A DNA stretch of 49,490 nucleotides from an uncultured archaeon. Its GTDB lineage: Archaea > Hadarchaeota > Hadarchaeia > Hadarchaeales > WYZ-LMO6. The notes below the pieces were generated by a model. That model was not told where the DNA came from and ran no database searches. It saw only the letters and a program-made list of their open reading frames with translations. Numbering within the stretch: the first letter of the stretch is position 1; each line of letters starts with the position of its first letter. Shown in pieces: positions 18,419 through 27,287 of the stretch. The stretch spans positions 1 to 49,490 of the forward strand of contig CALJER010000029.1 in assembly GCA_938074535.1 (NCBI GenBank), written 5' to 3'. The translations under genes were made by a program, and so were the position numbers.

Positions 18419-19647
18419 CTTCTCTCCCTCCACACGTAGAGCACGATGGGCTGCAGCTCGGCCTTCTGCCTGGAAACCCACTCCAGGGCCCTCTGGGCAA
18501 GCGTCACCCACCCCTGCGTTTCCACGTGGTCGAACCTGTTGTCGGAGGAGCTCTGGGCCATCCTCACGTTGAAGAGGGCGGTCCTCTCCATGAACCCGAA
18601 GATTCCCAGGTTCACTACCTCCCTCACCAGCAGGCCGGGCCAGGTGAGGCTCTCGTTCTCCCAGTTCTCCCACTCCCCCAGCGTCCTCAGCCAGGGATCA
18701 AGCAGCCAGGAAGTTTTGTACACGTACTGGTAGTAATCATCACCCTGGTAGGGGACGTCCTGGAAGGGCAGTCCGGTGGTCAAGTAATGGGTGAGGTCCA
18801 CCAGCTCCATCCTGTAGGAAGAGTTCTCTGGCCACCTCACCCTTTCGATGCCTGGGTCCTGATCGAAGGGGTTGGGGGAAATCCCGAGCATCAGCAGGAA
18901 CTCCCCGTAGGTGCTTATCATGGGGTCCCTCCGGTTGGACCAGAGGGTATCCCCCCCGACCACCACTCCCCCTCCCCTTTCCCTCCCATCCACGATGAGC
19001 TTGAACATGATGTAATCAACAACCCTGCGGAGGGTGTTTTCGCTCCAGTACACGCTCACGTCCGGGAGGAAGATCACATCCGGGTACCAGTTGGGCTCTA
19101 TCTTGCCCTCCAGATACCCCACAAAGGTGTTCTCGGAGCCGGTCATCCGGTAGGTCCACCCTGGTTTGATCACCTGGGAAGCGAACCACTCGTCCTGGGG
19201 GTCGTCCGCCCAGATCAGCACGTCCAGGCTCTCCACCGTGCGTATGAACTCGCAGGTCAGGTGTACGGCCAGCGCCCTCTCCGCCGCGTTCTCCCACCTT
19301 CCCCTCCAGTTGTCCGAGTTATCCCGGTAGACCTCCACCAGGAGGTTGTCCTCCGTTCCCACGGTGTACCTGAAGCTCACCCCGGGAGGCAGGAGGAGGA
19401 GCAGGTTCTCCCTGGCCGCCCTCGCCGCCTCGGAGTACTGGAGGTTGTTCAGGCTGTCGATCACGTGCTTCGTCACCCCCGTCCCGTTCATCGCGCTCAG
19501 GGCGTCCTGCGCGCACCTCTCCAGCTTCAGGTACCCGTGTCCCGGCGTTCCCCCCGTCTCCAGGTGGGCCACACCGGCCACGGCGATCATCATCACCACT
19601 GTCGCCAGACACGCATCCAGGCTGAAGACGAAACCCCTCTCCCTCAT
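18415..19647 (-). CDS. Large minor pilin/adhesin-like protein
   Basis: MRERG|FVFSLD + hydrophobic helix; ATGA overlap. Confidence 0.75.
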   Translation of the reverse strand: MRERGFVFSLDACLATVVMMIAVAGVAHLETGGTPGHGYLKLERCAQDALSAMNGTGVTKHVIDSLNNLQYSEAARAARENLLLLLPPGVSFRYTVGTEDNLLVEVYRDNSDNWRGRWENAAERALAVHLTCEFIRTVESLDVLIWADDPQDEWFASQVIKPGWTYRMTGSENTFVGYLEGKIEPNWYPDVIFLPDVSVYWSENTLRRVVDYIMFKLIVDGRERGGGVVVGGDTLWSNRRDPMISTYGEFLLMLGISPNPFDQDPGIERVRWPENSSYRMELVDLTHYLTTGLPFQDVPYQGDDYYQYVYKTSWLLDPWLRTLGEWENWENESLTWPGLLVREVVNLGIFGFMERTALFNVRMAQSSSDNRFDHVETQGWVTLAQRALEWVSRQKAELQPIVLYVWRERR

Positions 19648-20813
19648 CTCCACACCCTCACCTCCAGGATGGCTGGGAGCAGGTTCCATGCCTGCCTGGC
19701 CAGCTCGGGGGAGGAACAGCGCGGAACGGCCACCACACCCACGTCTACGGAGTCCCCAGGGCTCCCCGTTACCTTAAGGGTGAGGTAGTTGTTCGGGTTC
19801 CCACCGTTGTCGGCCTCGGTGAGAGGTACCTTGGGATAGTCCTTCCCGTGGTACCTCATGGGGAAAAGAGTGTTCCACGGGAAGTGATAATCAAATTTGT
19901 TATCCTTGGGTCTGTTGACCCACACCTCCGTCGCGGGCTTGTTGGGGTCGCTGGGGAAGAGGACCACGTACCAGTCGAATAAATCCAGCTCCCCTGGTCG
20001 GACGAGGAAGGTCAGGGTGTAGGGCTCAGGGCGGGCGCGGTGCCTGCGGTTCTCCACCGCGTTCCTCACTTCTCCAGCGGGCAGGACCAGCGAGCGCCTG
20101 GCCACCGCCACCTCCACCGAGTTTTCCTCTCCCGAAGTTCCCCCCAGGTCCCATCCCGGCCAGAGTTTCCAGATCACCCCCTCGCACCACACCCCCACCG
20201 TCTTCCCGTCGGACACCACCTCCACCGTGAGGGGAGGGAGGGAGACCACCATGGAGAAGGTTTTTCCTTGCATCGTCTGCTCCTTCACCGTGTTCTCCTT
20301 CTGTAGCCTCACCCTGGCCCTGAGGGTGCTTCCGAGGTTCTCCAGCCTCACGTAAACCCCCACCCCCTGGAGGGAGGTGTTGAGGGTGTAGTTCAGCCCG
20401 GCCGCGCTCGCCCTCACCAGCAGGCTCCTAGAGAGGATCCTGACCTCGAAGTTCTGGCCGCCGAAGAGCCTCCTCACCGCCTGCACTTCCGGTCCTGAGG
20501 AGTTCCAGTTTTCGCTCCTGCACAGCTCCCTCAGGTAGACCAGCTTTCTGGGGCTGAGGACGTTCGGTTCCTCGACCAGCCCCAGGACCTGGAGGGTGGA
20601 GGGCCGGTCCTCCCAGTTCTCCGGAAGCCCCCCCGTCTTCACCAGGGCCTCGGCCGCGTCACCCGCCACCCGCTCCAGCGAGTACCTGGAGACCTCCTCT
20701 TGGGCCCTCGTGTGTACCTGCTCCATCACCACCCCGGAGTACCCCAGCACCAGGGCGGTGAGGGAGAGCGCGAGGAACATGTCCAGGGTGAGAACCTGCC
20801 CCCTTTCCTTCAC
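19644..20813 (-). CDS. Large minor pilin/adhesin-like protein
   Basis: MKERG|QVLTLD + hydrophobic helix, LVKTGGLPENW; GTGA overlap. Confidence 0.75.
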   Translation of the reverse strand: MKERGQVLTLDMFLALSLTALVLGYSGVVMEQVHTRAQEEVSRYSLERVAGDAAEALVKTGGLPENWEDRPSTLQVLGLVEEPNVLSPRKLVYLRELCRSENWNSSGPEVQAVRRLFGGQNFEVRILSRSLLVRASAAGLNYTLNTSLQGVGVYVRLENLGSTLRARVRLQKENTVKEQTMQGKTFSMVVSLPPLTVEVVSDGKTVGVWCEGVIWKLWPGWDLGGTSGEENSVEVAVARRSLVLPAGEVRNAVENRRHRARPEPYTLTFLVRPGELDLFDWYVVLFPSDPNKPATEVWVNRPKDNKFDYHFPWNTLFPMRYHGKDYPKVPLTEADNGGNPNNYLTLKVTGSPGDSVDVGVVAVPRCSSPELARQAWNLLPAILEVRVWR

Positions 20814-21208
20814 CTTTTCACCACCTCCACCCGAACCTCCACGTCGTAGGTCCCCCTGGAGGTGCGGAGGGGCTGGACGGTGGAGGGGAAGCTCCCCGTC
20901 ACGGCCTTCCACATGAACCTGAGGGCGTCTTCCCTCACCTCCTCAGCCACCCTGTTCTCGGAACAGCTCAGCCCCCAGGCCATCACATAAATTTTCACCC
21001 TTCCGCCCTCCATCCTCACCTCCCCCACCCTGGCTTCCCCGCCGCACTCCCGCTGGAGTCTGGAGAGGGCGTTCCCTGCCCCGTCCCTGGCAGAGGCCTG
21101 GATAACTTGAGCTTCGTTCGTTCCCTCCCCCAGGTAGAGAAGGGAGGAGACGGCCAGGAGGACGGCCGCGAAGAGCACGAGCATCTCCAGGCTCGCCTGG
21201 CCCCTCAC
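20810..21208 (-). CDS. Class III signal peptide pilin-like protein
   Basis: MRG|QASLEML; GTGA overlap. Confidence 0.8.
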   Translation of the reverse strand: MRGQASLEMLVLFAAVLLAVSSLLYLGEGTNEAQVIQASARDGAGNALSRLQRECGGEARVGEVRMEGGRVKIYVMAWGLSCSENRVAEEVREDALRFMWKAVTGSFPSTVQPLRTSRGTYDVEVRVEVVKR

Positions 21209-21609
21209 CCGCTCACCACCCTTATCCGGTTTTCCCCCCAGTAGATCCTCAGGGGTCTCCTCAGGTTCTCGGAGGTGAGGAGGAAGGCCTCCACGTTGTT
21301 GCACACCGTCCCCACCCTCACGCTCCTTCCCCCCCTTTCCACCACCAGTTCGCCGGAGGAAGGATCGAAGCTCAGGGTGAGGGAGGAGAGCCTGGCGGGC
21401 AGGCTGAGCCTGAGTTCCAGCCCCGACCCGTTGGAGTAGACGGAGTTGATGGCCCCCGCCAGCTCCTCCCCCACCATTCTGGCCTCCAGTCCTTCGCCGA
21501 TTCCGCGGGCTTCCTCCATCCTGGCCTGGTACACGTGGAGGAAGGAAGAGCACACCACCATGAGGAGGGTCAGGGCGAAGATGGCGTCCAGGGAGAAGAA
21601 GCCCCTCAT
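21205..21609 (-). CDS. Class III signal peptide pilin-like protein
   Basis: MRG|FFSLDA, LAGAINSVYSNG; ATGA overlap. Confidence 0.78.
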   Translation of the reverse strand: MRGFFSLDAIFALTLLMVVCSSFLHVYQARMEEARGIGEGLEARMVGEELAGAINSVYSNGSGLELRLSLPARLSSLTLSFDPSSGELVVERGGRSVRVGTVCNNVEAFLLTSENLRRPLRIYWGENRIRVVSG

Positions 21610-22058
21610 CCTATCCCCTCCCTGGGCTCCACGTACAGGTAAATTTTGCCGTTTTCCAGCCGCGCGTTTTCCACATCCCCCGGCCACCCCACGATCACGG
21701 GGTAGCTCCCTGCGGGCAGGTGGAGGAGCCTGGCCCGGAAACCGTACCCACATGGGCTCACCACCACCAGCTCTTCCCTCCCCCAGAGGACCTCCACCCT
21801 CACCTCGTTCTCCCGGAGTTCTAAGTTCCACCTCTCTTTCAGGCTCACGGTGACCGTTCTCACGCTTCCCTCCCCCCCCGAAACCACCTCCTCCAGGGCA
21901 GAGGCAATGGCCCGGGAAGCGGATCCGGCCTGGGAGAGGTAAAGGGTCTTCTTGAGTCCTTTCTCAGAGGTATCCAGCACGGAGGAGGAGAGGGTGGCCA
22001 CCAGCACCAGCAGCGCGGAGAGGAGCACTAGGTACTCCACCGAAGTCTGCCCCCTCAT
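21606..22058 (-). CDS. Class III signal peptide pilin-like protein
   Basis: MRG|QTSVEYL; ATGA overlap. Confidence 0.8.
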   Translation of the reverse strand: MRGQTSVEYLVLLSALLVLVATLSSSVLDTSEKGLKKTLYLSQAGSASRAIASALEEVVSGGEGSVRTVTVSLKERWNLELRENEVRVEVLWGREELVVVSPCGYGFRARLLHLPAGSYPVIVGWPGDVENARLENGKIYLYVEPREGIG

Positions 22059-22654
22059 CCCACCACCTCGTCCGAGAGGGTGATCCTCCTGGGATAGGTG
22101 TGGAAGGGATCGTAGACGAAGGTGAAGGTGAGCAGGTGCTTTGTCCTGGTGCCGGGCTGGAGGAGGAAGTTTTCCTCCACGTGCACCCCGTTCTCCCTCA
22201 CCCACCTCTCCTCCCTCTCCTCCCCATTTTCACACCACCTGCTGGGCAGGAGGGTGTTCACCAGCACGGTGGAGTTCAGCCTGTTGTCCCACTCCCCGTC
22301 CCCGTCCAGGTCCAGCAGGATTATCACGTCCGCCCTCCCGTTCCTTTGGATCTCCCCGTCCGAGGTGAGAATCCCGTCCGCCTCCAGGCGGTCGTAACCG
22401 CCCACGCGGATTCCCACGGCCTCTTTGGGGAACCAGACCTCGACCTGGGTTTTGGCTCCGGGACCTGCCCCGTACACCGCGTTCACGGCTGCAGCTATCT
22501 TGACCGCAGTTTCCCTGGCCTCCGCCAGGCAGGAGGCCTTCTGGGCCCCTCCCTTCGCTTCCTGGTAGAGGGGGAGGGTGAAGGCGACCAGGAGAACCAT
22601 CAGGCCGCTGAGGATGACCAGGAACTCCAGGCCCACCTGCCCCTTCCCTTCCAT
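22055..22654 (-). CDS. Class III signal peptide pilin-like protein
   Basis: MEGKG|QVGLEFL, IAAAVNAVYGAGPG, DLDGDG (Ca-binding-like); TTAATA 24 nt upstream. Confidence 0.8.
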   Translation of the reverse strand: MEGKGQVGLEFLVILSGLMVLLVAFTLPLYQEAKGGAQKASCLAEARETAVKIAAAVNAVYGAGPGAKTQVEVWFPKEAVGIRVGGYDRLEADGILTSDGEIQRNGRADVIILLDLDGDGEWDNRLNSTVLVNTLLPSRWCENGEEREERWVRENGVHVEENFLLQPGTRTKHLLTFTFVYDPFHTYPRRITLSDEVVG

Positions 22655-22778
22655 CTGCTAAGGAGGGAAAAGTGGAGTATTAAGATTGGCCCGAACATGA
22701 GCCGGCCCGAACCCGAAGGGCGGAAGGAGGGGGGAACTCAAGTATAAAAGGGCCTCCTTTCCAGGGTTCTGGGGGAGG

Positions 22779-24584
22779 ATGGGAGAGCACAGCTGGAAGG
22801 TTCCGGAGGACAGGCCATGGTTCAAAGAGGGTATATGGCCGGAGAGGGTCCCCCGGTCGCTGGGATACACGGAGGAGCCCCTTTTCTCGATCCTGGAGCG
22901 CTCGGCGGAGAGGGATCCGAACGGAACCTCGCTGATTTTCTTCGGAAAGCGCATCACCTTCAGGCAGCTGGACGAGCTCTCCAACAGGTTCGCCAACGCT
23001 CTGGTGGCACTCGGTCTGAAGAAGGGCGATAGGGTGTGCCTCCTCCTGCCCAATTGCCCGCAGTTCGTCATAGCTTATTTCGGAATCCTCAAGGCGGGAG
23101 GAATCGTGGTGGCCCTCAACCCCCTCCAGACGGAGAGGGAGATCGAGTACGAGGTCAGAGACTCGGGGGCGAAGATCCTGGTGACCCTCAACCTGGAGCT
23201 GACCCTTCCCAAGGTCCTGTCCATAAGGGAAAAGACGGGGCTCGAGAGGATAATAGTCACGAGCCTGAAGGAGTATCTGCCCTTCCCCCTCTCCCTCCTC
23301 TTCAACCTGGCCATGAGGAAGGAACTGGTGAAGATGCCCAAGGAGGGGGGAGGAATTTTGCACTTCCGCCGGCTCCTCCGCAGGCATCCCCCCAGCAAGC
23401 CCGGAGTGAAGGTGGAGGGGGAGGACGTGGCCCTCATTCAGTACACGGGGGGAACCACCGGTCTGCCCAAGGGCTGTGTTCTCACCCACTTCAACCTCCT
23501 GGCCAACGTCAGGCAGGTGGGGGCCTACAGCGTCCAGTTCTTCCCCGAGGAGAGGTTCGAGCCCCTCCCGCAGGAGTACAGGAAGTTTCTGCCAGCGGAG
23601 CAGGTGGAGAGGTACACCACGGGGAAGGGGATGGGGCCGGTGATGGGGGTTCTCCCCCTCTTCCACGTGTACGGGATGACGGTCATCATGAACACCTCCA
23701 TAGCCGGGGGGATGCCCCTCATCCTCTTTCCGAGGGCCGACCTGAAGAGGATCCTCCGGGCCATCCGCCGGTACAGGCCCGAGACTTTTCCCTCCATCAC
23801 CACCCTCGCCGTGGGTCTGATGGAGCACCCGGAGGCCAAGCGGTGCGATTTCACCTCCATCAGGGTGACGGGTTTCGGGGCCATGTCCGTTCCCCCCCAC
23901 CTCAAGGAGAGGTGGAGCAAGCTCACGCGCGGGCTCTCCATAGAGGGCTACGGCCTCTCCGAGGCCAGCCCCGTAACCCACATGATGCCGGCCCACCTGA
24001 AGGATCCCTCTTCCTTCGGCATTCCCGTCCCGGATACAGACGCCAAGGTGGTGGACATAGAAACGGGGAAAGAACTTCCTCCGGGAAAGGAGGGGGAGCT
24101 CTGCGTGAGGGGTCCGCAGGTGATGAAGGGCTACTGGAATCGACCGGAGGAAACCGCCAAGGCCCTGAGGGACGGCTGGCTGCACACGGGGGACGTGGTG
24201 AGGATGAGCGAGGACGGGCTCTTCTACTTCGTGGAGAGGGAGAAGGACCTGCTCAAGTGCAAGGGATACCTGGTTTCCCCTGCTGAAATAGAGAACGTGC
24301 TCTACGAGCACCCGGCCGTGGCCCTCTGCGCGGTGGTGGGGAAGCCGGATGAGGCGGCGGGGGAGCTCCCCAAGGCCTTCGTGGTTCTGAAGGAGGAATA
24401 CAAAGGGAAGGTCGGGGAGAAGGAGCTCATGGAGTTCGTCAACCAGAGGGTGGCGCTGTACAAGAAGGTGAGGGAGATCGAGTTCAGGGACGATCTGCCC
24501 AAGAGTCTGGTGGGAAAGGTGCTGAGGAGGGTGCTGAGGGAGGAGGAGAAGCGCAAAGCCGTGGAGGGGAGAGGGGGAGGATAG
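22779..24584 (+). CDS. fadD: Long-chain fatty-acid--CoA ligase
   Basis: QYTGGTTGLPKG, LPLFHVYG, EGYGLSEASP, GPQVMKGYW, WLHTGD, LPKSLVGK. Confidence 0.9.
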   Translation: MGEHSWKVPEDRPWFKEGIWPERVPRSLGYTEEPLFSILERSAERDPNGTSLIFFGKRITFRQLDELSNRFANALVALGLKKGDRVCLLLPNCPQFVIAYFGILKAGGIVVALNPLQTEREIEYEVRDSGAKILVTLNLELTLPKVLSIREKTGLERIIVTSLKEYLPFPLSLLFNLAMRKELVKMPKEGGGILHFRRLLRRHPPSKPGVKVEGEDVALIQYTGGTTGLPKGCVLTHFNLLANVRQVGAYSVQFFPEERFEPLPQEYRKFLPAEQVERYTTGKGMGPVMGVLPLFHVYGMTVIMNTSIAGGMPLILFPRADLKRILRAIRRYRPETFPSITTLAVGLMEHPEAKRCDFTSIRVTGFGAMSVPPHLKERWSKLTRGLSIEGYGLSEASPVTHMMPAHLKDPSSFGIPVPDTDAKVVDIETGKELPPGKEGELCVRGPQVMKGYWNRPEETAKALRDGWLHTGDVVRMSEDGLFYFVEREKDLLKCKGYLVSPAEIENVLYEHPAVALCAVVGKPDEAAGELPKAFVVLKEEYKGKVGEKELMEFVNQRVALYKKVREIEFRDDLPKSLVGKVLRRVLREEEKRKAVEGRGGG

Positions 24585-24730
24585 CTCCCAGCGTCCTGGC
24601 CAGAGCCTTTCTGGAACGGTTTTCTGCAGGTGGGCGCTGGCACGCGACAGGGGTGGACTCTGGAACCCGCCCGCTCCCTCCTTCCGGCGGGGAGAACCAG
24701 GTTCAAGCTTAAAAGAGAAAAAAGGGGGGT

Positions 24731-24982
24731 TTAGCGGGACAAAGCTTCCTTGGTCCGCTGGAGGGTGGTGTCGTTGCACACCCATCCGCTCTTCGCCAGG
24801 TAGCCCTTCAGGGTGTCCCAGGGGGTCGGGCCGTAGCCCAGAACCCATCCGTGGACGAAGATTACTGGGTCCCCGGCGGTGGAGCTTACCCAGCTCCGGG
24901 CCATCGCGTGGGCGGCGGGGGTCGCCGATACCACGAGCACTGCCATCACTGCAGTCAAAACCGCGGGTGTCGCTTTTCTCAT
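24731..24982 (-). pseudogene. Truncated secreted alpha/beta-hydrolase (lipase-like) N-terminal fragment
   Basis: Sec signal MRKATPAVLTAVMAVLVVSATPAAHA (AHA cleavage) then DPVIFVHGW; stops after 83 aa, before any GxSxG. Confidence 0.55.
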
Positions 24983-25113
24983 CGCTTGTGAGATCCAAGC
25001 TCGAGGCACAAGGGTAGTGCAACATGGAGTCCGTTTTCGTAACATGGGACCCATCCTCCGCTGGGTCGTGGTGCCGGGGGCGGGTTAATATCCCTCCCTT
25101 CCCAAAGAAAAGG

Positions 25114-25365
25114 ATGGACGGGAGGGCGCAGGGAGCGCTGGAGTACCTCCTCATCCTGGCTGCGGTGCTCATCACCGTGGCCGGGGTGGTGGCCGTCCTC
25201 TACTCCTCCTCGTCCTCCCTCTCCCGCACCGTGCGAGGGCAGGTGGACAACGTCCTGGAGAACGAGGTCCTCCCCGGCCTTGCCGGCCTCTCCCCCTCCG
25301 GAGAAACACCGGAGGCGCCGGCACCTTTCCCCGTCGGCGAAGTGCCCCGCTTCCCAGCACACTAA
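25114..25365 (+). CDS. Stand-alone small pilin (class III signal peptide, DUF361-like)
   Basis: MDGRA|QGALEYLLIL; TTAATA 24 nt upstream (leaderless). Confidence 0.8.
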   Translation: MDGRAQGALEYLLILAAVLITVAGVVAVLYSSSSSLSRTVRGQVDNVLENEVLPGLAGLSPSGETPEAPAPFPVGEVPRFPAH

Positions 25366-25613
25366 CCACGGGTTTCCTCGCACGCCTTCCGGCGCTCTCC
25401 ACCCGCTAACCCTCGTGGTGGGAAGGCGGGGCCTGCCGGTGTGGCGCACCAGGGTTGGCTACCCGCCCATCGCAGGGTGTTCCCGCCCTGAACTCGCGGG
25501 AGGACCCAAATGGTGCGGCTGTCCCGGCAGTGGCTCCGGTGTACCCGCGGCGATGCACCGGCGTTCACGGATCCCGCCAGCCCTTTCGACCGCGGAAAGG
25601 TCCCTCATGGCCA
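25363..25613 (-). ncRNA. Putative large structured ncRNA, family unassigned
   Basis: End-to-end helix, nested 6-7 bp helices, two GGAA tetraloops, complementary hairpin loops; G-U pairs and GNRA loops favour the minus strand; AATAAATA ~25 nt upstream. Confidence 0.65.
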
Positions 25614-25633
25614 CTCAGTTCTTGGTCCTCCCC

Positions 25634-27286
25634 CTATTTATTTTTCCCGGGGAGGGCCTCGACGTCCAGCTCCAGGGAGGCCACGGGATGCCCCAGCTCG
25701 AAGGAGAGCAGCACCTCCGGATGCACCTCCCCCGCCATCCCCAGCTTCCTGCCTTTCCAGAAGAACTCGGCTGCCCTTCCCTCCAGGAAGCTGGGATGGT
25801 CCACAGGCCTCGCCTCCGGCGAGAGGCCGAACTCCCTCGCCACGGCCTCCACCACCGCCTTGATGTGGCTCCAGTCCGCCCCCTTCCCTATCACGCAGGC
25901 CCCCAGCCTGCGCACCTCCCTGGCGCCCGTTTCCGCTTTTTCGTCCAGCAGCACCACATCCCCCACCTCAAAGATCCTCTGGGGAAGGGGGTGCCTCCTG
26001 TTGGAGCGGAGCACCCCGAGCAGGGAGGGGAGGAGCCAGGTCCTGAGGATGGTGAACTCCTCCGAGACCGGGTTCCCCACCTCCACCGCCTCCCCCCCCG
26101 TCCTCATCATCTGGAAGTTTACCTTTGGGCTGGTGAGGGTGTAGGTCATCACCTCCGTGAAGCCCAGCCCCACCATGATCAGGCGGACGAGGTCCGAGAG
26201 CTCCTCCACCCCCGCCTTCCTTCCCACCGTGTTCACCCCCTTCACGCGCGGAGGGATCCTGTCGTACCCGTATCCCACGGCCACCTCCTCCAGCAGGTCG
26301 ACGGTGTGGAGGAGATCCGCTCTGAACGGCGGAGCCAGCACGGTCAGGTTCTTCCCCTTCACCTCCACCCCGTACCTCATCCTCCTGAGGATCTCCGCTA
26401 TCCTCTCCGCCTTCAGGTCTAGGCCCAGGAGCTCCCTGGCCTCCTCCTCCCTCAGCTCGAACCTGCGGGGCTCCAGGGAGGGTGTCTCAGCCGTGCGGCC
26501 AGGATATCTGATCCTGACGGTCTGGAGGCGGAAGCCCCTCTCCGCCAGGGAGGTCATCATGAGCACCAGGCCCAGCTGCACCCACTCCTCTCTCTCCCCC
26601 GTCACGTCTATGAGGAGGCTGGTGGTGTTCTTCGTCACCCTGGTGTCCTCGCTGTTGATGATGGGAGGCATGGAGAGCACCCTGCCCCGCCGGTCCAGGA
26701 GGATGGGGTACCTCTTCTTTCCCTGCAGGATCCAGCCGTACTCCCTTCCTTTGGGATGGAGCTGCAGAATCTGGGCCGGGGTGAGGCTCTCCCCGAAGTC
26801 CAGGGGGACGAAGGAAATCCCCTCCGGCTCCACGGAGGTGTAGGTGAGGGGGGGCTCCACCTTGTCCAGGTCGTAGACCCCTATGGAGCCCTTCCTCCTC
26901 CTTCCAAGGAAGTCGTGGAGCTTCTCCTGGGTCTGCATGAGGGAGGCCACCACTTCCTCCGTAAGCTTCGCTCCCCTCACCACCCCGGCGGCTATGAAGG
27001 GCCTTATCCCTTTCACGCTCCTGTCCACCCTCACCGTGATTCCCGAGCGGGACGCGGAGTAGGAGGGCAGCCCCTTTTCCCTGCCCAGGAAGCCCCTCAG
27101 GGCCCTGGCCACCCCTTCGGGGCTGAGGAGGTCGGGGCGGTTGTGCAGGACCTCCATCCTCAGTTCCTTCCCCAGGAGTTCCGCCTCCACCCCCATGAGG
27201 GCGAGCTTCTCGCACAGCTCTTCCCCCTTTCTCCTTTCCCCCAGCAGGGAGCAGAAGTCGCCGAAGTTCACGGAAAGGGTTGGCAC
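25634..27286 (-). CDS. pheT: Phenylalanyl-tRNA synthetase beta subunit
   Basis: NRPDLLS, SMPPIINS, RADLLH..DLLEEVAVGYGY, LRTWLLPSLL, GEVHP. Confidence 0.96.
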   Translation of the reverse strand: MPTLSVNFGDFCSLLGERRKGEELCEKLALMGVEAELLGKELRMEVLHNRPDLLSPEGVARALRGFLGREKGLPSYSASRSGITVRVDRSVKGIRPFIAAGVVRGAKLTEEVVASLMQTQEKLHDFLGRRRKGSIGVYDLDKVEPPLTYTSVEPEGISFVPLDFGESLTPAQILQLHPKGREYGWILQGKKRYPILLDRRGRVLSMPPIINSEDTRVTKNTTSLLIDVTGEREEWVQLGLVLMMTSLAERGFRLQTVRIRYPGRTAETPSLEPRRFELREEEARELLGLDLKAERIAEILRRMRYGVEVKGKNLTVLAPPFRADLLHTVDLLEEVAVGYGYDRIPPRVKGVNTVGRKAGVEELSDLVRLIMVGLGFTEVMTYTLTSPKVNFQMMRTGGEAVEVGNPVSEEFTILRTWLLPSLLGVLRSNRRHPLPQRIFEVGDVVLLDEKAETGAREVRRLGACVIGKGADWSHIKAVVEAVAREFGLSPEARPVDHPSFLEGRAAEFFWKGRKLGMAGEVHPEVLLSFELGHPVASLELDVEALPGKNK

Positions 27287-27287
27287 C

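Noticed and set aside
22680-25175. 831-aa minus-strand ORF and other long shadow ORFs (e.g. 27141-29291, 39424-41274, 2331-3920, 10824-12611)
   Set aside because: Antisense or alternate-frame artefacts of high-GC coding sequence overlapping well-supported genes
25363-25613. SRP RNA or a short ORF (ATG 25608, minus strand)
   Set aside because: The GGAA hairpins lack the helix-8 CAGG/AGCA internal loop and no Alu UGUNR motif is seen; the ORF has atypical codons and no protein-like features
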